Source of the DNA: Octopus sinensis
Lineage: Eukaryota
Assembly: GCF_006345805.1 (NCBI RefSeq)
Contig: NC_042999.1
Span: forward strand, 152,086,001 to 152,150,000
Length of the DNA: 64,000 bases
Direction of reading: 5' to 3'
Shown here: positions 1 through 11,412 of the stretch, piece after piece
How positions within the stretch are numbered: position 1 is the first letter of the stretch
How the letters are laid out: each line of letters begins with the position of its first letter
Notes under the pieces: model-generated
Seen by the model: only the letters and a program-made list of their open reading frames with translations
Database searches by the model: none
What the model was told of the DNA's origin: nothing
Position numbers and translations under genes: made by a program

Positions 1-306
1 ACTACAGCAGCATGAGTTTTGTGAATCAATTAAAATACAGGAAATGGAAAGGTTTGATATTTTAATAATTGAAGAATTACGAGAAAGAATTTTTTAAAAA
101 TTACATTTTAGATGGGTGGTAGCATACGTGTAGCCAGATAAGGTATGCTTGGGATCAGTTTTGCTATATATTTTCATGTAAGTTTTAGGAATCTGTGTAC
201 ATATGATAATAACTAGCACTCTGTCAGTTATGATGATGAGTATTCCAGTTAATTTGATCAATAGAACAGCCTCCTTGTTAAATTAACATGCAAGTAGCTG
301 AGCACT

Positions 307-620
307 GTGGCTCAGTGGTTAGGCTATTTGACTCCTGATAGTGAGGTTGTGAGTTCAATTCCTGGCAGTAAATTGTGTCCTTGAGCAAGACACTTAATTT
401 CACGATACTCCAGTCAACTCAGTGGGCAAAAATGAGTTGTACCTGTAATTTCAAAGGGCTGGCCTTGTCCCATTCTGTGTCATGTTGAATCTCCTTGCAA
501 ACTACATTAAGAATATGTGTATCTGTGTAGTGCTCAGCCACTTGCTCATTAATTTTATAAGTAGGCTGTTCCATTGATTGGATTGACTGGAACCTCTGTC
601 GTCATAACCGACAGAGTTCC
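307..620 (+). mobile_element. tRNA-derived SINE, family E (Pol III head + CORE-like segment)
   Basis: Box A TGGCTCAGTGG (308-318), box B GAGTTCAATTCC (351-362), then tgtgtccttgagcaagacactt. Related copies at 622-868 (-), 20590-20903 (-), 35670-35990 and 7600-7880. Confidence 0.85.
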
Positions 621-621
621 A

Positions 622-868
622 GTTAGCTGAGCACTCCACAGACAGTCATACCCTTAAATATAGCTCTCAGGGAGATTCACCATGCCACACTGAATAGACA
701 GGGCTGGTCCTTTTGAATTACATGTAAAACCCATTTTTGCCAGCTAAATGGATTGGAGCAACATGAAATAAAGTGTCTTACCCAAGAATATGATGCGCCA
801 CTGGGTATTGAAACCGTGACCATACGATCATGAGACAAATATTCTAGCCACTAAACCATACACCTTCA
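622..868 (-). mobile_element. SINE family E, inverted relative to 307-620
   Basis: Reverse complement of the same body and head (ctgagcactccacagac...aagtgtcttacccaag...ccactaaaccatacaccttc). Confidence 0.8.
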
Positions 869-875
869 CAGATAA

Positions 876-1088
876 TCCTTTCTATTACAGGCACAGGGCC
901 AGAAATTTGAGGGAGGGGGATACTTGATTACATCAATCCCAGTGTTTCACTGGTACTTAATTTATCAACCCCGAAAGGATGACAGGCAAAGTCGACCTCG
1001 GCGGAATTTAAACTCAGAATGGAGCGATGGGTGAAATACCACTAAGCACTTCGTCCAGCATGCCATTGATTCTGCCAGCTTGCTGCCT
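876..1088 (-). mobile_element. SINE family B (aaggc-gagctggcagaa head; gactttgcctttcatcctttcggggtcgataaattaagtacc core)
   Basis: Reverse complement of the copy at 1167-1382. Further copies at 16177-16400, 21120-21530, 37250-37465, 47590-47790, 48635-48838 and 55735-55887. Confidence 0.85.
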
Positions 1089-1166
1089 CCTCCTTTACAA
1101 ATAATGCTATCATGATTTAGTATATCAAAACTGTTTTATTTGCTTTATATTATCTGTTTATTACTA

Positions 1167-1382
1167 AGGCAGTGAGCTGGCAGAAATGTTAGTATGCTGG
1201 GCAAAAAGCTTAGCGGTATTTCGTCTGTCTTTATGTTCTGAGTGCAAATTCCACCGAGCTCGACTTTGCCTTTTATTCTTTCAGGGTTGATAAATTAAGT
1301 ACCAGTTGCGTACTGGAGTCGATGTAATCGACTGGCCCCCTCCCCAAAAATTTCAGGCCTTGTGCCTAGAGTAGAAAAGATC
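1167..1382 (+). mobile_element. SINE family B, near full length
   Basis: aaggcagtgagctggcagaaatgttag...ttctgagtgcaaattcc (box B-like)...ataaattaagtaccagttgcgtactggagtcgat...gccttgtgcctagagtagaaaaga; many homologous copies in the window. Confidence 0.85.
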
Positions 1383-2140
1383 TGTTTATTACCTCCACCT
1401 TATCGAAGGCGGAGGTATTGTTTCAGTTGTATTTGTTTGTTTGTCTGTGGACAAGATATCTCAAGAACCAATGGATGGATTCAGGTGAAACTTTCAGGGA
1501 TATTTATTTGGCCTCATGACTGGCACAAACTGATTAGATTTTGGAATTGATCCAGTTCCAGAGAAGGATTCTAGATAATTTTTCCTGTTTTTTTTACTTA
1601 ATTTTTGAGAGTGGTCGGGTTCATTTTTAGTATTCTCATTTGTAAGAGCAATCAAGTTTATTTTAGAGATTCTCATTTTAAAAATCATCTATGGCTAATT
1701 GTTGAAAGGACATTGGTGTTGCCTTGGTAGAGGTTTGTACTCTCTGTGTGCTCTTGTTATTATTAAAAACGTTTTGTTCCAAAGTGATTACAAATGCTTT
1801 CTGCTGAAGAGATAGGAATGGAATCAGAAAATTTATGAAAATTTGCAATAGATCAAGCAGAATGAAATTTGTGTTGACAAGTACTAGCTCTGATGGTTAC
1901 AAACATACATGACAACATAGAAATAATGGAAGAATAGGTGAAAAGTGACATGGAGTGCTTGGAATAGCTTGAACAGATATTTGACAAGAATACTGAAAGT
2001 AAGAGACATGCTTCAAATTGTCCTTTAAAAGTATTAGATATGGAAAAACAACCTATAAAATATATGCACACACACACACACACAGATACACACACACACA
2101 CACACATGCACACACACATGCGCACACACACACACATATA

Positions 2141-2526
2141 TCTTTTATCTGTTACTTTTATCAGTCATTAGACTATGGCCATGCTGGGGCACAACCTTGA
2201 AAATTTTTAATCAAAAAATATTAATCCCAGTACTTTTTCCTTAAGCCTGGTTCTCATTCTGTTGGTCTCTTTTGCTGAACCGTTGGTCTTTCAGAGATGT
2301 AAACACTGTAGTTGTTGTCAAGTGGCAGTGAAAGACAAAAGCACACACACATGCATGCACATACATGCATGTGGGTGGCAAGTTTCTTTTAGTTTCCATC
2401 TACCAAATCCACTCATAAGGCTTTAGCCAGTCCAAGATTATAGTGTAAGACATTTGCCCAAGGTGCCATGCTGTGGGACTGAACCCGGAGTCATGTGGTT
2501 GGGAAGCACACTTCTTACCACACAGC
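2141..2526 (-). mobile_element. SINE family A (ggctgtgtggtaagaag head), diverged copy
   Basis: Reverse complement of the intact copies at 43165-43563 and 54951-55342. Confidence 0.8.
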
Positions 2527-2554
2527 TTGAGAGAGATAGGGGAGAGACAGAGAC

Positions 2555-2621
<67 letters not shown>

Positions 2622-3293
2622 TGTATGTATACACAAAACACTGTGGTGTTGTTTTCAAACCAAGGTTGATTGTCTTGAATTTTTTTTTATTAAAAATTGT
2701 TCTTTAATTTGTATAAAATTTATTATTCAAAGTTTTTTAAGTGTATTTTAGTATTAGAATGTTACTATTTCCTGTAAATTAATATCAACCTCATCTGTTT
2801 CTAATTACCTCAAAGAGCAAAAGTAAAAAAAAAAAACGATAAAGTTTCTCTAAAGCTAATAAAGTGTTATCATAGACAATGTGTATTTTTTTCATTGTTG
2901 GTGGGTTTGATAAATTCCTATTTACATTATTTTTTATAAGTTGCCACCACCCTTTAAAAACATTTTTTTGTTATAAGTTTTGGGATTGACATTAATATTA
3001 ACAGTATAATTGTAACTAATGTTAGTTGCAGACAAATTCATTGTACTTGTTAAATATTCCCAATCGGCCCTAATTAGACACACCCACGACACTCCTCTCA
3101 TGAAGGACGCTGCTTGAAATATCACACAGCCCGTCTGCTTCATGACAAGTTAACTCATTCCACTTTGTGAAGTACAGTACTTAGGTTGTTGACTTGATAC
3201 TTAAGAGTAAACTGATAAGTTCAATAATCCAGATATACTGATATAGAAAGTCTGGCGTGTCAACTTAAGGAAAACTGGAGCACTGTATGACTA

Positions 3294-3552
3294 CTGGGTC
3301 ATCCCATAAATCATAAATAATGCAGTTTTTTTAATGCTTCTCTTTGTAACATAGGCACAAAACAATACTAAAATATACTCTCCCTCAGTTTCTACAATGC
3401 TCTTCCATCTATCTGATAGATTTGCAAGGCCCCTCTTCCAATATTCACTTGTCTGTGATGAAAAATACTCCTCCAGTACTGTTCTGACATCGTGTACAGG
3501 ATTCATATTTTTTCCATCCAAATGTTTCTGAAAACTTTGGAATAAATGGTAA
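3294..3552 (-). mobile_element. mariner transposase C-terminal relic with one terminus
   Basis: Minus strand reads YHLFQSFQKHLDGKNMNPVHDVRTVLEEYFSSQTSEYWKRGLANLSDRWKSIVETEGEYI. This matches the mariner C-terminal pattern (D)YHLFRSL..hL.GK.F...FF.S...FY..GI..L..RW.K.V...GEY. TA at 3292-3293 precedes a ctgggtcatcccataa terminus. 5'-truncated. Confidence 0.8.
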
Positions 3553-4032
3553 GTACAAGGTAAAATTACTACCTGCTTTTATAGCAAGTTTATGCAGGTA
3601 GTTTATCCCATCCCCGCTCTGCCTTTTAGTTCATGCAATTGGAAAACACATTATTTATAGGCTGAGGGAAGCAAAAGGAAACCACTCTCCCCAAGCATAT
3701 TTTTCAAAGTTGGACCCTCTTCAATAATTTTTTTATCTCTTCAGTTCGCTTGTGCTATAGATCACTTTGCTTTTGTTAATCGCATGGATTTGGAAGAACT
3801 TTTTAAAGTTATTACTTTATTTGACCAACTTCCTATGTTTTTGAGCTGTTTGCCCAATCTCCTGTGATGTGTTGGTGGTGGCCAGGCATCATAACCTCTG
3901 GACCTAGGATGTCCTCGTGGAATTTCATCTTTTTCACGTCTCACCTATATCAGTAGTTGTAAGTTTCACACATGACATTGTTAATGGAACATGAAATTAA
4001 TGAATGTAGAATACAATTTCATTAGTTATAAC

Positions 4033-4272
4033 CGGAGTCATGGAGTCGGAGTCAGTAAAACTGTACTGACTCCAACTCCGACTCATAATGTCTTTATTCT
4101 TTTATATAAACCAGATATAATATATAGGCCTACTCAATGTGCAAGCACATTCATATGCTTTATGAGGTATGCAGACCACAATCACTTAATTACATAAAGA
4201 GGGGTCAGAGTCAGAGGTGCCAATAGTACAGGAGTCAGAGTCAAAGTTTTTTATTTCAACTCCACAGCCCTG
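4033..4272. mobile_element. hAT-type MITE with perfect 8-bp TSD
   Basis: GTTATAAC flanks both sides (4025-4032, 4273-4280). Imperfect TIRs cggagtcatggagtc / aactccacagccctg; internal ggagtc repeats. Confidence 0.8.
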
Positions 4273-4762
4273 GTTATAACTCATAAAATATTTCGCGTAA
4301 TATCGGAGAAATGAGTTAAAAATTGTTTGGTATGTGTCACAACGTTTTTCCTTATATGCTTGTTCCCTATTACTTTAGAATCTGGCTACACTACTGCACA
4401 CCAGACTTCAAAGATTAGTAATGGAATCAATTCGTATGATGAAATCCTTCAAGAAGGTGCTGCCAGCATGGCTGCAGTCCAATGACTGAGAGAAGTAGAA
4501 AAGAAATGAAAAAAAAAAAGATGAATGGGTATTCTTGTGCGAGAAGTATAAAAGTGTGACTTTTTAGTGAGTTAAAGAAACAAAATAGATTTCATAATTG
4601 AAATGGGTGGGGGGTCTGTTCCGTCTTATTACTTGCTTTTTAATAACCCATGAAGAAATTCCAGATGTTTCTGCTCAAATACCAGTTGAAGCTGAGGTTG
4701 CACTCTCTTGTTCTCTTTGTCAAAAGAGTACTTAAATTACTCAGATATTCCACAGGCACTTT

Positions 4763-5160
4763 AAGGTTGCAAGCTGGCAGAAACGTTAGCGTGCCGGGTG
4801 AAATGCTTAGTGGTGTTTCATCTGCTGCTACGTTCTGAGTTCAAATTCTGCCGAGGTACACTTTGCCTTTCATCCTTTCGGAGTCGATTAAATAAGTACC
4901 AGTTACGCACTGGAGTTGATATAATTGACTTAATCCGTTTGTCCTTGTTTGTCCTCTCTGTGTTTAGCTCCTTGCGGGTAGTAAAGAAATAGGTATTCCG
5001 TCTGTCTTTATGTTCTGGGTTCAAACTCCACTGAGGTCGACTTTACCTTTCATCCTCTTGGGGTTGATAAATTAAGTACCAGTTACGTACTGGGGTTGAT
5101 CTAACTGATTCCCACCTCCCCTCAAAATTTTCAGGCCTTGTGCCTAGAGTAGGAAAGATT
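4763..5160 (+). mobile_element. Two head-to-tail SINE family B copies (second is 5'-truncated)
   Basis: The core ttctg(a/g)gttcaaa...catcct...taagtaccagttacg(c/t)actgg occurs twice (about 4830-4925 and 5005-5100). Confidence 0.8.
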
Positions 5161-5592
5161 CTACAGGCACTTTAATTTTCCAAAAGTAAGCATTAACATT
5201 TTTATGATTCATTTCCTGGTCTTAAACTTGTTTATCTAGATACAAACCGCTTTTGAAAGTGGAATTTAATTTTTTTTCTTCTTAAATTAAATTTATATTT
5301 GAAGAGATGTAGCATGACAAGTGTGTGTATACACTGACATGCACATACACATGTGCACAAATATTTATATCTTACATACATGGTTTTTTTTTCATATTTA
5401 TTTAGTTTTTTTCTGTTTTGTAATTATTGCGAATACACCATGTACTTGATATGTGTGTGTATTATATATACATATATATATGTATATACATATATATATG
5501 TATATACATATATACATACATATATACACATACATATATATATACACACATATATAAATATATATATATATTTTATAAATATATGTACATGC

Positions 5593-5623
<31 letters not shown>

Positions 5624-7234
5624 CACTCATAATATATATATCGTTAATCCTTTTCTTCCTTTGCAAATATTCAGAAATAGCATTTAAATGCAATTAATCC
5701 ATAAATGCTTGTATATAGTTACACAAGCACATCACTAAGCGGTGTGAAGTTACCACTTCATACAATGAACCTATCTTTTGAGATTTAGTATAGAGATTGC
5801 AAGTTAGATTGGAAGGGTGATATTCTTTGATAAGTGGCCTTTCTGAAAAATGCAACGATTTAAACTACTTTGCATCATCATCATCATCATTATCACCATT
5901 GCCACCGCCACTACCACCACCACCACTGGTTTAACATCCACTTCCCATGCTTCTATGGGTCTGACAGAATTTGTTGAGGCAGATTTTTTAGGGCTGGAAA
6001 CGAACAACACTGCTTGTATGCTGGTGATGCTCGTTTACAACCATGATGTGATGTCAAGACAAAGGTACACATGAATATGCACACACACACAAACACACAC
6101 TTTTTTTTCCTTGTTTCTGTCATTAGACTGTAGCCATGTTTGGGTACCACGTTGGAGGGTTTTATATGGGTGTATTGGTTCTGGTACTTATTCTATAGGT
6201 CTCTTTTACCAAATTACTAAGTTACAAACTGACCAAATTCGCTTGCAAGGCTTTGGTTGTCTCAAGGCTATAAGTAGAATACAACTACCCCAAATGCAGT
6301 GGAATTGAACCTGAAACTACACGATTGGGAAGTAAGCTTCTTAACCACACAGCCATGTCCTTACCTATATATATATATACAAAAGTGCGTGCATGTGTGT
6401 GTGAGTGTGTGTGTGTGTGTGTGCGTGCACGCACGTATGTGAGCACACATGTACATGCATGTGAATGAATTGTTAAGATTTGAAAGTGATAAAGCAAGTG
6501 ATGCTGAGAGTTATCACTGACATATCATCATTGCATAGAATGAAGCTTGAAGAGGATGTAGATTAGGATTGTATTAGGCAGGAGAGCCACAGGTGTTATA
6601 TCTCTGCTAAGACAATGGCAGCAGAAGTATCTGCTAAAGAATAAACAAGTTTTTGTTACATTAAACCACTAACACAAAGTTTATTTTAATAAAGTATCAT
6701 GTTCTATAGCCTGATGGGCTGAGAAAATACTAAGTTTGGTATAATAGTTTTTAAGTACATCAGCTGTATTGGAATAACCTGCAAAATAAGTGGTTTTGCT
6801 ACCCATATAATTTGCTGGTAGGAGTAAACAAATTTCTGCCTTGTGGCTAGAATGAACGGAAATGAGGTTGAACTTGCAGTAATTGCTTCTTCTTTTTGAA
6901 ATAAATGGTTCCTACTCCTCTCCGAGCAAAAGCCAAGTTGTATGATGTGTTTATAAAAAGTGTGAAACCTTATCGAAATGAAATATGGGGCTGGGAAAAT
7001 TTAGATCTGCACTCTTTGTAAAAACACAAGCAAGAATAACTAGTAGATTTACAATGTCGAAAATCAGTAACTTTGAAGGAATTATAAAAGCAACAAGGTC
7101 TACACTGTTATATATATGATTGATAATAGAACTGGTTTGTGATGTGAAGAGATGAATGTAAAAGATACTCAGAGCCCATAATTGTAGAGGCAAACCAAAG
7201 AACTGGCCCAACAGTTGGTATGGAACTGTGTAAT

Positions 7235-7341
7235 GTTGTGATGTGTTTGAATAACCTAATTTGCAGAACTGCCCAAATAACGCCAGCATGAAACAACATA
7301 CACATGTTCTGGAAATCAGGTTATTCAAACACATTACAAAC
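7235..7341. other. Near-perfect 35-bp inverted repeat / hairpin with 36-nt loop
   Basis: Arm 7235-7269 gttgtgatgtgtttgaataacctaatttgcagaac; the reverse complement of arm 7306-7341 is gtttgtaatgtgtttgaataacctgatttccagaac. The core 29 nt match at 27/29. Confidence 0.9.
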
Positions 7342-7912
7342 TCAACACCATCCTTGTTCTTGGGTTTGTTCTGAGTGCCTTATTGACACCCAGCATTTTT
7401 TCACTTACCTTATTATCCATTCCTATCACAAACTGTTATAGTTGTCAATCACCGAGGCTCTCTCACTTTGATAATTCATTGACACTTGGTGATTTAAAAA
7501 AGAAAATTAACATTGTACACCCATTGGTTCTTCTTGTCTTTCTTCAGTTATTGTAGATCTACTGTATTCCCACTATGTTAGATGTGTGTGTGTGTATGAA
7601 GGTATGTGGCCTGGTGGTTAAGTGTGTTACACTCACAGTTGTGAGGTTGTGTTTTTGATTCTCAAATTGGTTGCACATTGTGCTTTTGAGCAAAACATTT
7701 CATTTCATATTACTCCAGTTCACTTGGCTGTAAATAGGTAACCCTGAGATGGACTATCCTTTCAATCAAGAGGAATGATGGCCTTCTTGCCTAGCTAGCA
7801 GGGTGGCATCATTTGAAGCTGAAACAATGCACAGTATATTGTGACCAGTGATGCATAACAACTTCTGATAGCTTAGTTGACACTATGATATATATATATA
7901 TATATATATATA

Positions 7913-8340
7913 ATTGAAAATTACAGCTAAACAAAAGTCAAAGACAGGTGTATAAACAACAAGCAGGTGTATTAGTTTGACACTAAGGAAAGTGAGAAAG
8001 TCTTTTACATTTCAAGCCTGCGCTCTTCAATAGAAAGAAACATGAGGAAATAAAAAGAGAGAATAAAAAAAAAAACTTGAGGATTTAGAAATCAATCATG
8101 TTGTTGACTGTGAGCCTTTTGTATCTTATGTTCTCCTGATTCTAAGCTGTCCCTCATTGAAAGTCTAGTTCTGGTTGAGTTACACTTAGGGAGGTCTTGG
8201 TTTCTTAGTTTATGGTGGTTCTGTTGTGTATATATATTATGCAATACAGCAATGCTGTATGATTGCCCTTCATTGGGATTCCAATTTTGGTGAGACTTAT
8301 ACTTGTTTAGGGGTTGGTAGTCTGTGGAGGTTTAGTTCTC
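7913..8340 (-). mobile_element. Penelope-like element relic (RT-to-GIY-YIG linker remnant + terminal repeat with decayed hammerhead)
   Basis: Minus frame 8262-8101 reads SYSIAVLHNIYTQQNHHKLRNQDLPKCNSTRTRLSMRDSLESGEHKIQKAHSQQ, resembling the Penelope motif SYSC.PN...II..HN.K.L...CNC...CPL.G.CL...V.Y.A. A decayed hammerhead lies at 8001-8038 (-), and the element ends at a (TA)n tract. Confidence 0.55.
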
Positions 8341-9062
8341 TTCTGTTTTTAATTATTTAAATTCTTCCTCTAAAGACAAAGCTGGTTTCTAACAATACAA
8401 AGCTCCATCATTGGAATGTAGATAGCCAAAAACTATGTCACATTTGAAACTTGAGAAAAGTCTTGCATATTTTTACTGTTCCATTTATAAATCATATTTG
8501 AAATGTATGAGTTGATTTCCTTTTCTGAAAACCCTAGCTTATCCAAATTGTCACTTAGGCATTTACAAAGCCAAGTGCACCAATTATTTTTGGTATAAAT
8601 ATGAATTTATAATTTAGATATAGAACCTGTAGGTCTCAAAGCAGTTGTCTATAATTATCCTCTTCCTCCTTTTTCAAAAAAGATATTCAAGTCATGTATA
8701 TAAAACCCAGACCAGCTATGATTTAAAGCATTCTGGGCATGGCTGTTTCATCATTTTTCAGACTTTGTGAACACTAGAGTGCTAGAAAAAGCAACACTGT
8801 TTTCTCCAAGCTATACCTAGCCATCTTAAAAAAAGAGAAGGACGCAATGAATGATGTAGCTGTGAATAAATTGTATGAAAATATAATTGGATGATCATAG
8901 GTGAAACGTCTTGATCATAAGGTCTGCCTGGTCAGAACTAACCTTGGGCTACGCAGCAACAACTCCTTTAGATCCAACCGTTTCTTGTTAGATGATTCAT
9001 CCAACAAACCATACTTGACTCATTCTTCCTTTTTTTTTCAAATTCAATTTTTCATGCTCACA

Positions 9063-9600
9063 CTTGTGAAGACCTGTTGAGGCAAGTGAAAATCAAATCA
9101 AAACAAATCAAAATAGATGAACATCAATGGAATTTGTATCTTTGTGGTACCAGTGCCGGTGGCACACAAGAAAATCATCCGAACGTGGCCGTAGCCAGTA
9201 CCGCATAGACTGGCCTCCGTGCTTTGGGGACGTAACAAACACCATCCGATCGTGGCCGTCCGCCAGCCTCATCTGGCACCTGTGTCGGTGGCACATAAAA
9301 ACACCATCCGAGCGTGGCCGTCTGCCAGCCTCGTCTGGCACCTGTGTCGGTGGCACATAAAAACACCATCCGAGCGTGGCCGTTCGCCAGCCTCGTCTGG
9401 CACCTGTGTCGGTGGCACATAAAATCACCCACTACACTCTCGGAGTGGTTGGCGTTAGGAAGGGCATCCAGCTGTAGAAACACTGCCAGATCTGACTGGC
9501 CTGGTGCAGCCTTCGGGCTCCCCAGACCCCAGTTGAACCATCCAACCCATGCTAGCATGGAAAACGGACGCTAAATGATGATGATGATGATGATGATGAC
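9063..9600 (+). mobile_element. (GAT)n-tailed retroposon, family C, with internal 62-bp tandem units
   Basis: Units start at 9237, 9297 and 9359. 3' end gagtggttggcgttaggaagggcatccagctgtagaaa...gcatggaaaacggacgctaaat(gat)n. Other copies at 10680-11050 (-), 14425-14707, 18510-18705, 27600-27778, 28699-29170, 31613-31872, 32760-32960 (-) and 46030-46353. Confidence 0.85.
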
Positions 9601-11374
9601 ATAGGTTGTATGGGTCAGCAAATTTAGACTTGATGTGTGTGTGTGTGTGTGTGTGTGTAGTTAATGATTCAATGAATGCGCTTCCTGATGTCAGCAACTT
9701 TATCATTAACTTATGTTCCTGCTGAGTACACATTGAAATATGTAGAGTAAGGTTATATATATTCACGCACTGAATTGCATAATCTGGTGCTTGTGACATG
9801 GTTTAAAGAACAAAAACAAAATATATGATACATAGAATATATTAATGAATTTACATTTTCTCTATTTTCTTTCTTATCCTTTGTTCTCTCACTCTCCCTT
9901 TTGATTTTTTTTGTATGCATGTGTTTTAGTCAGAGGAAAAGGGAGCAGGGCTTAAGATTGTTCACAGGGCTCTGGAACTGGTGGGCAGAAGTTATTCTTT
10001 GATTGGAAAACCTGGCATTATAATATCATTTTCTTACCTTTGTTTCAATTAACTATGAAAATAACTAAAGTAAAAGCTGGTGTTCAGAACATAAATTAAC
10101 ATGAAATTTTGATGGTAGTTCTTAAATTAGATCACTTTAGAATTAAACCTAGAAGTTTATATTGTAAAACCAGGGGTGGTTTTAGGCCAGTTGGTATCAA
10201 AAGTGTTAATGTCTGTAGTGTACTTTCCTAAAGGATATAAGTGCTTCATACTCAAAGTTTAAGTATTGGGCTTATGATCATATGTTTGCAGATTCAATCC
10301 CTGGACTGAGTGGTGTGTTGTGTCCTTGTTTCAGTCATTAGGCTGGAGCAATGCTTTGAAGAATTTTTTTGTCAACTGAATCAAACCTGGTACTTATTTT
10401 TTTTGCTGAACAGCTAAGTTCTGGGACATAAATGCACCAACACTGGTTGTCAAGTAGTGGTGGGGGACAAACGCAGGCACAAAGACACACACACACATGA
10501 CAGGCTTCATACTGTTTCCATCTGCCAAATCCACTCACAAGGCATTAGTCAGTCTGAGTCTATAGTAGAAGACTAAAGTACCACAAAGAGGAAATGAACC
10601 TGGAACCATGTGGTTCAAAAGCAAGCTTCTTACCACATGGCCACACCTGCACCATGTTGACAAACTTCCATACAGTGTCATCATCATTATAATCATCGTT
10701 TAACGTCCATTTTCCATGCTGGCATGGGTTGGACGGTTTGATTGGGGACTGGCAAGTCAGGAGGCTGCACCAGGTTCCAATGTAATCTGGCAATGTTTCT
10801 ACAGCTGGATACCCTTCCTAACACTAACCACTCCGAGAGTATAGTGGGTGCTTTTTATGTGCCACCGGCATGGGAGCCAGTCAGGTGGCACTGGCATCAA
10901 CCTTGTTTAGATGGTGCTTTTTACATACCACCGGCGCAGAAGCCAGTCGGGGCGATGGGGCTGACATCGACCACATTGGGATGGTGCTTTTTACGTGCCA
11001 CCGGCACAGGGAGCTGGTCAGGCAGCATATGAAACCATTGGTTGGCCTACAGCTCTAGCTGAAGATACCCGCCCAAGGAGCTGTGCAGAGGAAGTGAACT
11101 AGAATCCACCAGGCTGCAAAGCAAACTTCTTAACCATACAGCCATGCCTGTACCTATATTCATTCCACCAGTTATGATGTATGAGCTATTTTACAAATAC
11201 TCTTCACAAACCATGGCTTCGCCTCATGTAACAAGCTAGGTATTGGCCCACTTAGCGAATCAAATCCATATTAATCATTTAGGAAACATGATTATAAATT
11301 TACTTGTTCATTATTATTGAAATCGTTAAACTTTCTGTATTTTGTATGTATGCATTTCTTTCTAGCCTTTTGTT

Positions 11375-11412
<38 letters not shown>

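Noticed and set aside
6358-6380. Minus-strand AG|GTAAGG as a second ratchet point
   Set aside because: Preceded by (TA)n rather than a pyrimidine tract and lies at a SINE head.
6951-7334. 127-aa minus ORF as a gene
   Set aside because: No recognisable domain, hydrophobic composition typical of T-rich antisense ORFs, and it runs through the inverted repeat.
7401-7432. Minus-strand donor aag|gtaagt with a possible FVIGMDNK micro-exon
   Set aside because: No convincing acceptor; longer versions have stops in all frames.
9310-9360. HDV-like ribozyme in the family C unit (ccagcctcgtctggc resembles HDV P3/L3)
   Set aside because: No P1/P2 partners or catalytic J4/2 could be placed; a simple hairpin explains it.
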